From a virus: 64,000 bases of DNA. The notes beneath the pieces are model-generated. The model was given only the letters and a program-made list of their open reading frames with translations, was not told where the DNA came from and searched no databases. Position 1 is the first letter of the stretch. Every line of letters starts with the position of its first letter. Location of the stretch: IMG/VR virus record IMGVR_UViG_3300048694_001134, positions 11,656 through 75,655 of that record. One strand, written 5' to 3'. The translations under genes and the position numbers were made by a program. Below, piece after piece: positions 40,090 to 50,581 of this stretch.

Positions 40090-41439
40090 ATGTACCTTAA
40101 TGAAGAAATTCAACAAAAGTGGGCTCCTGTATTGAACCACGACGATCTTCCAAAGATCGAAAGTGCTCACAAGCGTAGCGTCGTCGCTACTTTGCTTGAG
40201 AATACAGAAAAAGCTCTGATGGAAGCTTCCGGCCAAGCTCCTGGCAGCCAGATGCTTACCGAGTCGCCAATTCCTGTCAACAACGGTGTTGCAGGTGGTG
40301 CAGGTAACGTTGCAACTTTCGATCCTGTGCTTATCAGCCTGGTTCGTCGTGCAATGCCTAACCTGATCGCTTACGACATTTGCGGCGTTCAGCCAATGAC
40401 TGGTCCTACCGGTCTGATTTTCGCAATGCGTTCACAATACGCTAATACCACAGCAATGACTGGTGAGAACTTCTACAACGAAGTTAACACAGCATACAGC
40501 TCTGTTACCTCTGGTGCAAACACCCTTGGTCAGAAGCATGTTGGTGGTGTTCCTGGTTCAACAAGCCAAACTTCTAACCTCGCTTCTAGCGGCGTTTACA
40601 ACTTTGGTTCTGGTATGTCTACAGCACAGGCAGAAGCTCTGGGTACTACAAGCAATACTGCATTCCCACAAATGGGTTTCAGCATTGACAAAGTTACCGT
40701 CACTGCTAAGAGCCGTGCACTGAAGGCTGAGTACACAATGGAACTCGCACAAGATCTGAAGGCAATTCACGGTCTTGATGCTGAGACAGAACTCAGCAAC
40801 ATTCTGACCGGTGAAATCCTTGCTGAAATTAACCGCGAAGTTGTTCGCACAATTAACGTAACTGCAACCCAAGGTGCTTCTTCTGGTACCACAACCGCTG
40901 GTGTGTTTGACCTTGACGTCGACGCTAACGGCCGTTGGTCTGTTGAGAAGTTCAAGGGTCTGATGTTCCAAATCGAACGTGAAGCCAACGCTATTGCTAA
41001 GGCAACCCGTCGCGGTAAGGGTAACATCATCATCTGCTCAAGCGATGTTGCATCCGCTCTGCAGATGGCTGGTGTCCTTGATTACACTCCTGCTCTGAAC
41101 AGCAACAACCTCCAGATCGATGACACAGGCAACACGTTTGCTGGTGTTCTGAACGGTCGTATGAAGGTTTACATCGATCCATATGCAACTGGCAACTACA
41201 TGACCATTGGTTATAAAGGTTCGTCTGCATTTGACGCTGGTCTGTTCTACTGCCCATACGTTCCTCTGCAAATGGTTCGTGCTGTTGATCAAGACAGCTT
41301 CGCACCTAAGATTGGTTTCAAGACCCGCTATGGCATGGTTGCAAACCCATTCGCAGAAGGTCTGACACTAGGCGCTGGTGCTCTGACAAAAGACAGCAAC
41401 GTCTACTATCGCCGTATCATCGTCGAAAACTTGCTGTAA
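40090..41439 (+). CDS. gp23: Major capsid protein gp23
   Basis: LVRRAMPNLIAYDICGVQPMTGPTGLIFAMR, SRALKAEYTMELAQDLKAIHGLDAE, PKIGFKTRYG. Confidence 0.98.
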   Translation: MYLNEEIQQKWAPVLNHDDLPKIESAHKRSVVATLLENTEKALMEASGQAPGSQMLTESPIPVNNGVAGGAGNVATFDPVLISLVRRAMPNLIAYDICGVQPMTGPTGLIFAMRSQYANTTAMTGENFYNEVNTAYSSVTSGANTLGQKHVGGVPGSTSQTSNLASSGVYNFGSGMSTAQAEALGTTSNTAFPQMGFSIDKVTVTAKSRALKAEYTMELAQDLKAIHGLDAETELSNILTGEILAEINREVVRTINVTATQGASSGTTTAGVFDLDVDANGRWSVEKFKGLMFQIEREANAIAKATRRGKGNIIICSSDVASALQMAGVLDYTPALNSNNLQIDDTGNTFAGVLNGRMKVYIDPYATGNYMTIGYKGSSAFDAGLFYCPYVPLQMVRAVDQDSFAPKIGFKTRYGMVANPFAEGLTLGAGALTKDSNVYYRRIIVENLL

Positions 41440-41474
41440 TATTACAATTACAACAGACAGCATTACGATGCTTC

Positions 41475-41501
41475 AAAGGGGATCTTCGGATCCCCTTTTT
41501 T
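41475..41501 (+). terminator. Rho-independent terminator with cUUCGg tetraloop
   Basis: GGGGATC-TTCG-GATCCCC followed by a T-tract after gp23. Confidence 0.93.
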
Positions 41502-41531
41502 ATTGGATAAATAGAACAGTGAGGACATAAC

Positions 41532-42056
41532 ATGAGCGCTATCGACAATCAACCATCCAATCCATCGTTTCTTTCACCACTTGGATATTCTTTACAGATA
41601 AAGAAGTGTCCTGGTGTTAACTTCTTTGTTCAAGAGGTAGCAATCCCTAGCGTTGCGTTGGGAACGGCCGATGCGGAGACCCCGTTCACAAAGATTCCGT
41701 TTCCAGGTACACGGCTGACATTTGGTAACTTACAAGTTACGTTCAAGGTCGATGAGGACATGAAGAACTATCTTGAGATCTACTCGTGGCTCAGAGCAAT
41801 TGGCTTTCCGGATAATTTTGCACAATATAGTAACATAGCAGGAGCAAACATTACTTCCGGTGATGGGGTGTTTTCTGATATCTCGTTACTTGTGACAACG
41901 AGTGCAAAGAACCCAAACATGCTCGTTACATTCTATGATTGCTTCCCTGTTGACCTTTCAGAATTAAAGTTTGATAGTACATCTGCTGATGTGGAATACT
42001 TAACAGCCACAGTGGCTTTTGCAAACCGTCGTTTTGATATACAGCAGATAATTTGA
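41532..42056 (+). CDS. gp3: Tail completion protein gp3
   Basis: FLSPLGY, VNFFVQ, FKVDEDMKNYLEIYSW, FPVDLS; usual position after gp23. Confidence 0.85.
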   Translation: MSAIDNQPSNPSFLSPLGYSLQIKKCPGVNFFVQEVAIPSVALGTADAETPFTKIPFPGTRLTFGNLQVTFKVDEDMKNYLEIYSWLRAIGFPDNFAQYSNIAGANITSGDGVFSDISLLVTTSAKNPNMLVTFYDCFPVDLSELKFDSTSADVEYLTATVAFANRRFDIQQII

Positions 42057-42060
42057 TATA

Positions 42061-42495
42061 ATGAAATTTGATGATATTATGGATCTGTGGCAGCAAGATG
42101 CTAACATGGATAACAGTGAGCTTGGTGAAGAAAGTTTAAAGATTCCTCTCCTCCATCACAAGTATTATAAGATGCTTGTCAATGAAGGTCTAATGTTAAA
42201 AAAGTACGAGCAAGATTACAAAGCTCTGTACAGAATTAAGTTTGAATACTATATGGGCGTTCTAGATGAAGATACGCTACGGGAACGTCAATGGGAGCCG
42301 TTTCAACTCAAGGTGTTGAAACAAGACCTAAGTACCTATATCGATAGCGACATCGACATGCAAGCTATTCAAGCAAAGATGGATATCCAGAAACAAAAGA
42401 TCTCGTTTTTGGAATCAGTGGTAAAGATAATATCTAACAGAGGCTTCCTAATTAAGAATGCAATTGATTGGGAGCGGTTCAAGGTAGGTGGATGA
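42061..42495 (+). CDS. uvsY: Recombination mediator UvsY
   Basis: ESLKIPLLHHKY, RGFLIKNAIDW. Confidence 0.9.
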   Translation: MKFDDIMDLWQQDANMDNSELGEESLKIPLLHHKYYKMLVNEGLMLKKYEQDYKALYRIKFEYYMGVLDEDTLRERQWEPFQLKVLKQDLSTYIDSDIDMQAIQAKMDIQKQKISFLESVVKIISNRGFLIKNAIDWERFKVGG

Positions 42496-43967
42496 GTGAA
42501 ATAATACGTGTAACGAAGTTCAATGACGTTCACATAAAATTACATTGTGATGCAAGTGTAGCATACGAACTAAACGAGTACTTTACATTTTCTGTTCCAG
42601 GTGCTCGCTTTTCTCCCGCGTTTAAAAATAAGATGTGGGATGGTAAGATTCGTTTGTTCCATTTGATGCGTCAAACGTTATACGTTGGCCTACTTGAAAA
42701 AGTTAAACAGTTTGCAAACGATAGAGGATATCAAATCACTTATGATGATCTATCAGATTTTGGAGATAACGTATTCCCTTTAGCTGCAGCACAGCAGCAT
42801 GTCGCAGAATCAGAGTTATCAATAACACCACGTGATTATCAATATGAAGCATTTCTTCACGCAATACGAAAGAAGCGTGCTGTCCTTCTATCTCCAACTG
42901 CGTCGGGTAAATCGCTAATTATTTTTCTTATTACGTCTTACCTTATTGCAAAGAAAGTATTGATCATTGTACCGACCACAGGTCTTGTACATCAAATGGC
43001 AAGCGACTTTGAAGATTATGGTTGCCCTCCGGATATTATACATAAGATTTTTTCCGGTCAAGAAAAAGCAACAAACGCCTTCATAACTATTACGACATGG
43101 CAAAGCATATACAAATTACCAGCTAAGTGGTTTGATCAATACGGCTGCGTGATTGGAGACGAGGCACACACGTTCAAAGCTAAATGTCTTGTCGACATTA
43201 TGGAGAAATTAACAAAGTGTGAATACAAGTATGGGTTCACTGGTACGCTTGATGGGACGCAAACAAACAAACTCGTGCTCGAGGGACTGTTCGGTCCGGT
43301 AAAAGTAGTCACTACCACAGCGGAGCTAATGGAGCAAAAAACAGTTGCACAAATGACAATAAAGGCAATTGTTCTCTCGTACCCGGATCAAACGAGACAG
43401 TCGTTTGCAAACCGTAAGCCAAAAATGACTTACAAAGAAGAGCTCTTATATTTGTTGCAAAAGAAAAGTCGCAGCAACTTTATTGCTGGCCTTGTTTCTT
43501 CGCTGCCAAATAACACTTTACTGTTGTTTAATAACATTGATCATGGTAAAATGCTAATGCAGTTAATTCAGTCGAAAGATCCTTCCCGCAAAGTGTTTTT
43601 TGTTTATGGTGGGGTCGAGGGGTTGGAGCGTGAGCAAATACGAAAGTATGTTGAAGAGAATAAAAACGTTATTGTCGTTGCTTCGTACAAAACATTTGCT
43701 ACTGGTACGAATATAAAGAACCTACATAATGTTGTTTTTGGTAGTCCTAGTAAATCACGTATACGTGTACTGCAATCGATAGGTCGCGGTCTGCGGACAA
43801 GCAGCGAAAAGTCAGAAGCTATGTTATATGATGTTGCTGATGATTTGTCGTGGAAGTCATATCAGAACCATACGATCAAACATTTTTCTGAGCGTATTCA
43901 AATGTACAATCAGGAAAAATTTGATTATAAGATCTTTACTGTTCAACTGAAAGAGAGCGGCACATGA
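42492..43967 (+). CDS. uvsW: DNA helicase UvsW
   Basis: WDGKIRLF, SPTASGKS, GDEAH, LQSIGRGLR. Confidence 0.95.
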   Translation: MSEIIRVTKFNDVHIKLHCDASVAYELNEYFTFSVPGARFSPAFKNKMWDGKIRLFHLMRQTLYVGLLEKVKQFANDRGYQITYDDLSDFGDNVFPLAAAQQHVAESELSITPRDYQYEAFLHAIRKKRAVLLSPTASGKSLIIFLITSYLIAKKVLIIVPTTGLVHQMASDFEDYGCPPDIIHKIFSGQEKATNAFITITTWQSIYKLPAKWFDQYGCVIGDEAHTFKAKCLVDIMEKLTKCEYKYGFTGTLDGTQTNKLVLEGLFGPVKVVTTTAELMEQKTVAQMTIKAIVLSYPDQTRQSFANRKPKMTYKEELLYLLQKKSRSNFIAGLVSSLPNNTLLLFNNIDHGKMLMQLIQSKDPSRKVFFVYGGVEGLEREQIRKYVEENKNVIVVASYKTFATGTNIKNLHNVVFGSPSKSRIRVLQSIGRGLRTSSEKSEAMLYDVADDLSWKSYQNHTIKHFSERIQMYNQEKFDYKIFTVQLKESGT

Positions 43968-44356
43968 TAGTAATACTCAAACTAACAAATACGCAAGAAG
44001 TCGTCGGAGAACTAATTGATAGTTCGCCAACGGTTGTTCATCTCAAACGTCCTCTTCTAATCAATTATAGATATTACATAGCAGGTACACCTTCCGTTTC
44101 GTTTGCTCGTTACGCAATGTTTTCCGCTAATGAACAGATGTCTTTTCAAAGACAACACATTCTTAACGAGATTGAAGCACGCTCGAGTTTCGTAAATGTA
44201 TATGAGCGCCAAGCGGATTACTTTTTTACTGAACATGAAAAGGGTATAGATGCGGAGCTGGATTCGTTTGCTGAACGGGGCAACGAGCAGCAGGATACAG
44301 ATCAATTGAAAAAACTTTTGGAGATGATGCCAGTTGATGGCGCACAAGTGAACTAA
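43964..44356 (+). CDS. Conserved hypothetical protein (Sm-like start)
   Basis: ILKLTNTQEVVGE; coupled between uvsW and gp55. Confidence 0.6.
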   Translation: MIVILKLTNTQEVVGELIDSSPTVVHLKRPLLINYRYYIAGTPSVSFARYAMFSANEQMSFQRQHILNEIEARSSFVNVYERQADYFFTEHEKGIDAELDSFAERGNEQQDTDQLKKLLEMMPVDGAQVN

Positions 44357-44892
44357 TGGCTACACACTACGTTGATAACAAACAGCTCTACGCTGTCATA
44401 ATTGATTATAAGACTCGAGTCGCACAAGCAGAAGCAACTAATACAGCACCACCGCAGATACCCAATTACGTGGGTGAATGTATTTTACAGATTGCAAAGC
44501 GTCTTTCTACAAAACCAAACTTTATTAACTACTCCTATCGAGAGGAAATGATCAGTGACGGGATTGAAAATTGTGTTTCTTATTTTGATAATTTTGATCC
44601 TAGTAAAAGTGATAACCCATTTGCGTACTTTACACAGATCATTTACTACGCCTTCCTTAGACGTATCCAAAAGGAAAAGAAACAAGTATATGTGAAGCAT
44701 AAACTATCTGAGCATAGTATGCTGTTCAATGAACTAGTTGAACTAAGTGATGATCCTGACTTCAACTTTAGCCCAACTGATTTCGATAGCGAGAATGTTT
44801 CTGATTTCATCAAAGCGTTTGAAGAAAACATTAACAAGAAAAAGATTAAGCGAAAGAAGGGACTCGATGCATTTCTTGAGGAGGAACAATAA
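44356..44892 (+). CDS. gp55: Late transcription sigma factor gp55
   Basis: HYVDNK, NYSYREEMISDGIENC, NPFAYFTQIIYYAFLRRI. Confidence 0.96.
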   Translation: MATHYVDNKQLYAVIIDYKTRVAQAEATNTAPPQIPNYVGECILQIAKRLSTKPNFINYSYREEMISDGIENCVSYFDNFDPSKSDNPFAYFTQIIYYAFLRRIQKEKKQVYVKHKLSEHSMLFNELVELSDDPDFNFSPTDFDSENVSDFIKAFEENINKKKIKRKKGLDAFLEEEQ

Positions 44893-45950
44893 TGAAAGTT
44901 GCGCTTCTTGGCGATACGCATATTGGTGCTCGTAACGACAGCCCATCGTTCCACAAACACTTTGCAAAGTTTTATAATGAAGTATTCTTTCCCTATCTTG
45001 AACAACACAACATCTTACACGTGGTTCAACTTGGTGATGTATTTGACCGACGCAAATACATTAACTTTAACTCGTTGAAACAAAGTCGTGAATATCTGTT
45101 TGATCGGCTCAACAAGGACTATCAGACGTGGATGCTCGTTGGTAATCACGACACGTATTTCAAAGACACAAATAATGTCAACTCGCTAGAGTTGCTACTT
45201 GATGGATACTATAACATAACACCGGTGCATCATTGCATGGATGTGATGTTTGAGGATGTTCCCTTCTTGCTTGTTCCTTGGTGGTGTCAGGATAACAATC
45301 AACATATAACCGATACACTAACACAGACGAGCGCAACTCATGTGATAGGACATTTTGAAATCGACGGATTCGAGATGTACAAAGGATCCGTACATCAAGG
45401 TGGTACAACAAAGAAGCTGTTTGAAAACTTTGAAGCGGTGTACTCAGGCCACTTCCATCACCGTTCATCTCATGGAAACATTCACTATCTTGGTACGCCA
45501 TATGAAATGACGTGGTCAGATTATGATGACCAAAAAGGATTTCATGTTTTTGATACAGACACAAGAGAGCTCACATTTATACCAAATCCTTCCTCGATCT
45601 TCCACAAGATACACTATGATGATACTGATCGTCAAATAAGTGATGTTGTCAACATTGATTTTAGTAAGTACAATGAGACTTTTGTAAAGTTGATTGTGCG
45701 GAACAAAACTAATCCATACTGCTTTGATATGTTTGTTGATAAGTTAGAGAAAGCGGGCGTGTACAATGTACAGGTTGTTGATGATCATTTTCATATGGAT
45801 ACTATTGATGATAGTGACATCACAAGCGATGCAGAGGACACTCTCACAATCCTTACAAAATTTGTGAATCAGATTGATTCACCTGTCGATAAGAAGCAAC
45901 TAGAGTCGCTAATGATTACTCTATACAATGAAGCATTATCCGTTGAATGA
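44892..45950 (+). CDS. gp47: Recombination endonuclease gp47 (Mre11/SbcD-like)
   Basis: GDTHIG, LGDVFDRR, GNHD, SGHFH. Confidence 0.95.
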   Translation: MKVALLGDTHIGARNDSPSFHKHFAKFYNEVFFPYLEQHNILHVVQLGDVFDRRKYINFNSLKQSREYLFDRLNKDYQTWMLVGNHDTYFKDTNNVNSLELLLDGYYNITPVHHCMDVMFEDVPFLLVPWWCQDNNQHITDTLTQTSATHVIGHFEIDGFEMYKGSVHQGGTTKKLFENFEAVYSGHFHHRSSHGNIHYLGTPYEMTWSDYDDQKGFHVFDTDTRELTFIPNPSSIFHKIHYDDTDRQISDVVNIDFSKYNETFVKLIVRNKTNPYCFDMFVDKLEKAGVYNVQVVDDHFHMDTIDDSDITSDAEDTLTILTKFVNQIDSPVDKKQLESLMITLYNEALSVE

Positions 45951-47662
45951 TTATATTTAAAACGATACGTTGGAAAAACCTTCTAAGCACGGGAAACGCA
46001 TTTACAGAAATATCCCTCAACACTCATAATCAAACATTGATCGTGGGTGAGAACGGCGCAGGCAAGTCAACAATACTTGACGCACTTTCTTTTGCTTTAT
46101 ATGGCAAACCTTTCCGAAAAGTTAATAAAGGTCAGTTGATTAACTCTATTAACAACAAAGGGCTTGTTGTTGAGTGTGAATTTGGTATTGGTAGCAAAAA
46201 CTATTTGGTTCGACGTGGTGCAAAACCAAACTTGTTTGAAATACAAGTAGACGGCACATCTCTGAATCAGGATGCATCAGCTAACGATTTCCAAGAGATG
46301 CTAGAGAAGCATATCCTCAAGCTAAGTCATAAAACGTTTTCACAAGTTGTTGTTTTGGGAAGTGCTTCGTTTGTTCCGTTTATGCAACTAGCTGCACAGC
46401 CACGGCGCGAAGTGATCGAGGACTTATTAGACATCCAAGTGTTCACAACAATGAACGTTTTGTTGAAAGATAAAATTACATCCAATAGAAGTCAAATTAC
46501 AGATGTCGATTATAAGACTCACAGTACAGAAGAAAAAATAGAGATTGAGGCTTCACACCTTTCAACGCTTGAGCAAAACAATGACGCTCTTAAAAAGCAG
46601 AAGATGCTACAGATTAGTGAATACATAAAGCAGGTGAATGATGTTAGTGAACAAACAACTAAACTATTGCGCGAGATTGCCGAACTATCAAGTACTATTG
46701 CAGATCAAGACAAGGTACGGTCAAGGCTGGAGAAAGTCGGCACGTTGGCAAGACAAATTCGTAGCCGACGCGATTCGATTATCAAAGAGGCAGAATTCTT
46801 TGATGTCAATCACGACTGTCCAACTTGTCGTCAAGGCATTGCCGTGGAACACAGGACCCAGATCGTTGAAGAAGCAAATGCAAAACTTGCTGAAATTGAA
46901 CAGGGTGAACAAAAGATTACAGAAGAACTGGACCGTCTTAATACAAGACTCACCGACATCTCAAATATACTCACTGCCATATCTTCTAAACAAACCGAAG
47001 CGCATACGCATCAAATTAGGTCCGCCCAGCTCGAGCAGTTTATTCAATCCATCAAGGGAGAGCTCGACCAGCTGAATGAGACAAAACAATTTGATACAAC
47101 TAAGACATCTTTAAAGGAACTTAAACGTACTTTAGGAAACTTAAAAGAAGAAAAAGAACAGCTGGTCAATCAAAGAGCTGTTCTTGATGTTGCTGGTGTT
47201 CTCTTGAAAGATGCTGGTATAAAAACAAAAATTATTCGTCAGTACATCCCAGTTATTAACAAATTGATTAATAAGTACTTAGCGGCAATGGACTTCTTTG
47301 TCAACTTTGAGCTAAACGAAAACTTTGAGGAAACAATCAAATCTCGCTTTAGGGATGAGTTTAGTTATGCGTCGTTTAGTGAGGGTGAGAAATCAAGAAT
47401 TGATCTCGCCTTGTTGTTTACATGGCGTGCTGTTTCTAGATTGCGTAACAGTGCAAGTACAAATTTGTTGATTCTTGATGAGGTGTTTGATGGCTCTTTG
47501 GACACGCAAGGTAACGAAGAGCTATTAAAGATACTTCAAACGGTGACGGAAGGTAATAATGTGTTTGTCATATCTCATAAAACGGATGCTTACCTTGATA
47601 AGTTTGAGCGTGTATTGAAATTCCAAAAACAAAAGAACTTTAGTGTAATGGTAGAATCATGA
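45947..47662 (+). CDS. gp46: Recombination ATPase gp46 (Rad50/SbcC-like)
   Basis: GENGAGKST, CPTC hook, FSEGEK, LILDEVFD. Confidence 0.96.
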   Translation: MIIFKTIRWKNLLSTGNAFTEISLNTHNQTLIVGENGAGKSTILDALSFALYGKPFRKVNKGQLINSINNKGLVVECEFGIGSKNYLVRRGAKPNLFEIQVDGTSLNQDASANDFQEMLEKHILKLSHKTFSQVVVLGSASFVPFMQLAAQPRREVIEDLLDIQVFTTMNVLLKDKITSNRSQITDVDYKTHSTEEKIEIEASHLSTLEQNNDALKKQKMLQISEYIKQVNDVSEQTTKLLREIAELSSTIADQDKVRSRLEKVGTLARQIRSRRDSIIKEAEFFDVNHDCPTCRQGIAVEHRTQIVEEANAKLAEIEQGEQKITEELDRLNTRLTDISNILTAISSKQTEAHTHQIRSAQLEQFIQSIKGELDQLNETKQFDTTKTSLKELKRTLGNLKEEKEQLVNQRAVLDVAGVLLKDAGIKTKIIRQYIPVINKLINKYLAAMDFFVNFELNENFEETIKSRFRDEFSYASFSEGEKSRIDLALLFTWRAVSRLRNSASTNLLILDEVFDGSLDTQGNEELLKILQTVTEGNNVFVISHKTDAYLDKFERVLKFQKQKNFSVMVES

Positions 47663-48180
47663 TAATGAATCTTGTGAAAAGTGATGATGTGATCCTTCGT
47701 ACTCCAGCATCCGCGTTCGACTTCTCAAATCCACCACACGATCCGTCACAACTTGCACGGGACTTGTTTGAAACGATGCTTGAGCACAAAGAAAGCAGCT
47801 TATCAGCCCCTCAGTGTGGATTACCATACAAAGTATTAGTCATAAGCGCAAACCCTGGACTAGCTTGTTTTAACCCGCGTATAATCGATGTATCCCAGGA
47901 ACAAATTCTCCTCGAAGAACGGTGCGTGTCTTTCCCACACCTTTTCTTGAATGTCAAGCGGCCTCGACGCATTAAGGTCCGCTACACGCAAGCTAATGGA
48001 GAAACAGTTACACAAACATACGATGGTCTCACTTCTCGCTTGTTTCAACATGAGGTTGACCATTTGAATGGTATTGTGTATACTAACCGCGCAAATAAAA
48101 TTCACCTTGAACGCGCATTGCGAAAAAAGAAGGAGCTAGATCGTATGGTAAAAAAAGCTGAGGCAAGAGGTCTTGCATGA
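47659..48180 (+). CDS. def: Peptide deformylase-like protein with degenerate motifs
   Basis: QHEVDHLNG intact; motif 1 reads ESSLSAPQ and motif 2 ERCVS. Confidence 0.8.
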   Translation: MIMNLVKSDDVILRTPASAFDFSNPPHDPSQLARDLFETMLEHKESSLSAPQCGLPYKVLVISANPGLACFNPRIIDVSQEQILLEERCVSFPHLFLNVKRPRRIKVRYTQANGETVTQTYDGLTSRLFQHEVDHLNGIVYTNRANKIHLERALRKKKELDRMVKKAEARGLA

Positions 48181-48935
48181 ACGTAGTTATATTTGGTAAT
48201 GGAAAGGTCGGCAAGGCTACCGATCTTACAATGAAGTTGAATGCCGACTTCCATGATCCATACAAAGGATTGGTAGTCAATGACTTTTCAAAGTATGATA
48301 TTGCTATTATTTGTGTATCGTCTTTGAATGATGGTCCTTATGATCATGATGCAATATATCAATGCCTCGACACACTTAATAAAGCTGCGTTCGCAGGAAC
48401 TATTGCAATTCGCTGCACAGTTTCACCAGTATTCCTACGAGCGTGGGATATTCAATTCCCCAACTTGAAGATGATTCACTTTCCCGAGTTTATGAAACAA
48501 GGTGACGAGGAATATCTCGATAAGCCATGGATTCTTGTTCTTGGCGGTGATATGAAACTGACTGTACCGTTTGGAAAGTGGCTTGTCGATAATGGTTACG
48601 GTCATGAAGAGCAATGGCATTTTTGCACGAAGGTTGAGAGCGCGTTGATCAAGTTGCATCAAAACGCTGGACTGGCGTTGAAGGTTGTTTACGCAAATAT
48701 TATGTACGAGGCGTGTGAAGCGTTTGGAGCTGATTATGAAGTTGTCAGAAAAGGTGTCGCTGCTGATGTTCGTGTTGGGCCAGGTCACCTACAGGTTCCT
48801 GGAGAACATGGCTTTGGTTTTGCTGGTCATTGCTTGCCTAAAGATTTGAGATGTTTAGACAGGGTTGCTTTTAATAGAGGGTTCTGGGAAAATGTACTTC
48901 ATGTTAATGAAGAGTTAGGGAAAAAGAATGTCTAA
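48177..48935 (+). CDS. Short UDP-glucose/GDP-mannose dehydrogenase family protein
   Basis: GNGKVG Rossmann, PEF, KLHQN, catalytic GFAGHCLPKD; lacks the usual C-terminal domain. Confidence 0.8.
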   Translation: MNVVIFGNGKVGKATDLTMKLNADFHDPYKGLVVNDFSKYDIAIICVSSLNDGPYDHDAIYQCLDTLNKAAFAGTIAIRCTVSPVFLRAWDIQFPNLKMIHFPEFMKQGDEEYLDKPWILVLGGDMKLTVPFGKWLVDNGYGHEEQWHFCTKVESALIKLHQNAGLALKVVYANIMYEACEAFGADYEVVRKGVAADVRVGPGHLQVPGEHGFGFAGHCLPKDLRCLDRVAFNRGFWENVLHVNEELGKKNV

Positions 48936-49836
48936 ACAAATTGCGTATAGCGAGATCTTTCATTCGATTCAGGGCGAAGGACATTATTGTGGCCGGCCAA
49001 CGGCCTGGCTAAGATTCTTTCTTTGCAACCTACAGTGCGATGGTTTTGGTCAGAAGGATCCTACAGACCCTTCAACGTATGTGTTACCTTACAAGATGAT
49101 CAAGGTGGAGGACTATAAGAAGTTAGAAGATCTACCTGTGTGGAAGTATGGCTGTGATTCTTCTTATTCGTGGTCAGCAAAGTTTAAGCACTTACAACAT
49201 AAGCATACAGCGGCTGAAATTTGCGATCGTATTCGCCAGTCAATGTATCATCCTAATAACCCTGAGGGACTATTCAATAAGTCTGACGGGACAGAACAAC
49301 ATCTTTGCTTCACGGGCGGTGAGCCTTTAATGAAGCATGCACAGATGGCAGCAATTGATATTGTTGATCACTTTGTAAGTGAGGGTGATTATCCTCATTA
49401 TATGACCTGGGAAACGAATGGTACACAGCCACTGACGTCAGAGTTTGCGAATTACTTTGGTGACTACGCTGGTGAGGTGTTCTTCTCTGTATCGCCGAAG
49501 CTGTGGAGAACATCCGGTGAGAAACCAGAAGATGCAATTAAACCAGAGATTGTTAGATCATACACAGAAATATCTTCGTGGGGACAACTAAAGTTTGTCG
49601 TCAACGGAACGGAAGAATCATGGAACGAGCTAGAGGAAACTGTAGCTAAGTTCCGCGAAGCAGGCGTGACATATCCTGTCTGGATTATGGGTGTTGGTGC
49701 AACACTTGAAGCTCAGAAGGGAACCGAAGCTGGTTATATCGGCGAAGCGAAGATTGCTACAGAAGCATTCAAGCGTGGTTACAACTATTCCTCACGTGTG
49801 CATGTGCATATATGGGGAAACACAATGGGAACTTAA
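48928..49836 (+). CDS. queE: 7-carboxy-7-deazaguanine synthase QueE (radical SAM)
   Basis: EIFHSIQGEG, CNLQC...GCDS, TGGEPL, ETNGT, VSPKL, RVHVHIW. Confidence 0.9.
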   Translation: MSKQIAYSEIFHSIQGEGHYCGRPTAWLRFFLCNLQCDGFGQKDPTDPSTYVLPYKMIKVEDYKKLEDLPVWKYGCDSSYSWSAKFKHLQHKHTAAEICDRIRQSMYHPNNPEGLFNKSDGTEQHLCFTGGEPLMKHAQMAAIDIVDHFVSEGDYPHYMTWETNGTQPLTSEFANYFGDYAGEVFFSVSPKLWRTSGEKPEDAIKPEIVRSYTEISSWGQLKFVVNGTEESWNELEETVAKFREAGVTYPVWIMGVGATLEAQKGTEAGYIGEAKIATEAFKRGYNYSSRVHVHIWGNTMGT

Positions 49837-49837
49837 T

Positions 49838-50365
49838 ATGTGGGACTCAACACTAGGCAATAGACCAATTCAATACAAATACACATCGACGAAAGAATAT
49901 GTCGATGCATTTCCGTGTGCATACCGTCAGTGGAGAGCTGATAGTCATTGCAATTTGATTCATGGCTATAGTTTTAGCATGAAGTTTTATTTTGGAACAA
50001 ACGATCTCGATGTCCGTAATTGGGCTGCGGATTATGGTGGCCTGAAGGACTTGAAGAAGATTCTAGAGGATCAGTTTGATCACACCCTCTTGGTTGCGGA
50101 GGATGATCCTTACCTATCAGTGTATGAAGAGTTAGCAAACAAGAACTTGGCCAAGCTAACTGTCCTTCCGAAACTAGGTTGTGAGGGATTGGCTGACCAA
50201 CTTTACAAGTTTGTTAATGGTGTTTATATTCCAGACCATTGGGGTCCTGGTGAAGCAGAGCGTCTATGGTGCTATCGTGTCGAGGTTCGTGAGACACAGG
50301 CCAACATGGCGTTTAGAGAAGGACATCGCGAATGGAATGAAGACCTCTTTGAGGACGTGAGGTAA
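49838..50365 (+). CDS. queD: 6-carboxytetrahydropterin synthase QueD
   Basis: HCNLIHGYS, DYGGLK, FDHTLL, EVRET. Confidence 0.88.
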   Translation: MWDSTLGNRPIQYKYTSTKEYVDAFPCAYRQWRADSHCNLIHGYSFSMKFYFGTNDLDVRNWAADYGGLKDLKKILEDQFDHTLLVAEDDPYLSVYEELANKNLAKLTVLPKLGCEGLADQLYKFVNGVYIPDHWGPGEAERLWCYRVEVRETQANMAFREGHREWNEDLFEDVR

Positions 50366-50370
50366 TCAAC

Positions 50371-50580
50371 ATGGCGTTCAAACAGTTTAGTTGGGTTCCT
50401 GATGGAACTTACGACCACCTCAACTTTTTTGTTCGTTATGTAATTGTTGACGGTAACGCGAAAACAGTTATTTCAAAGATATGGGTTGACAAAGGTGGTC
50501 CAGATCATGTATCATTGGAATTGAAACAACCATGGGGATCGTTTCCTGATTTTCCACCAAAGCCAGAAAAGAAAGGTTAA
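50371..50580 (+). CDS. Hypothetical protein
   Basis: RBS gaggt; fills the gap between queD and folE. Confidence 0.5.
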   Translation: MAFKQFSWVPDGTYDHLNFFVRYVIVDGNAKTVISKIWVDKGGPDHVSLELKQPWGSFPDFPPKPEKKG

Positions 50581-50581
50581 T

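Noticed and set aside
50486-50515. TTGACA-18 bp-TATCAT promoter upstream of folE
   Set aside because: Plausible but inside a CDS with non-optimal spacing; not enough support.
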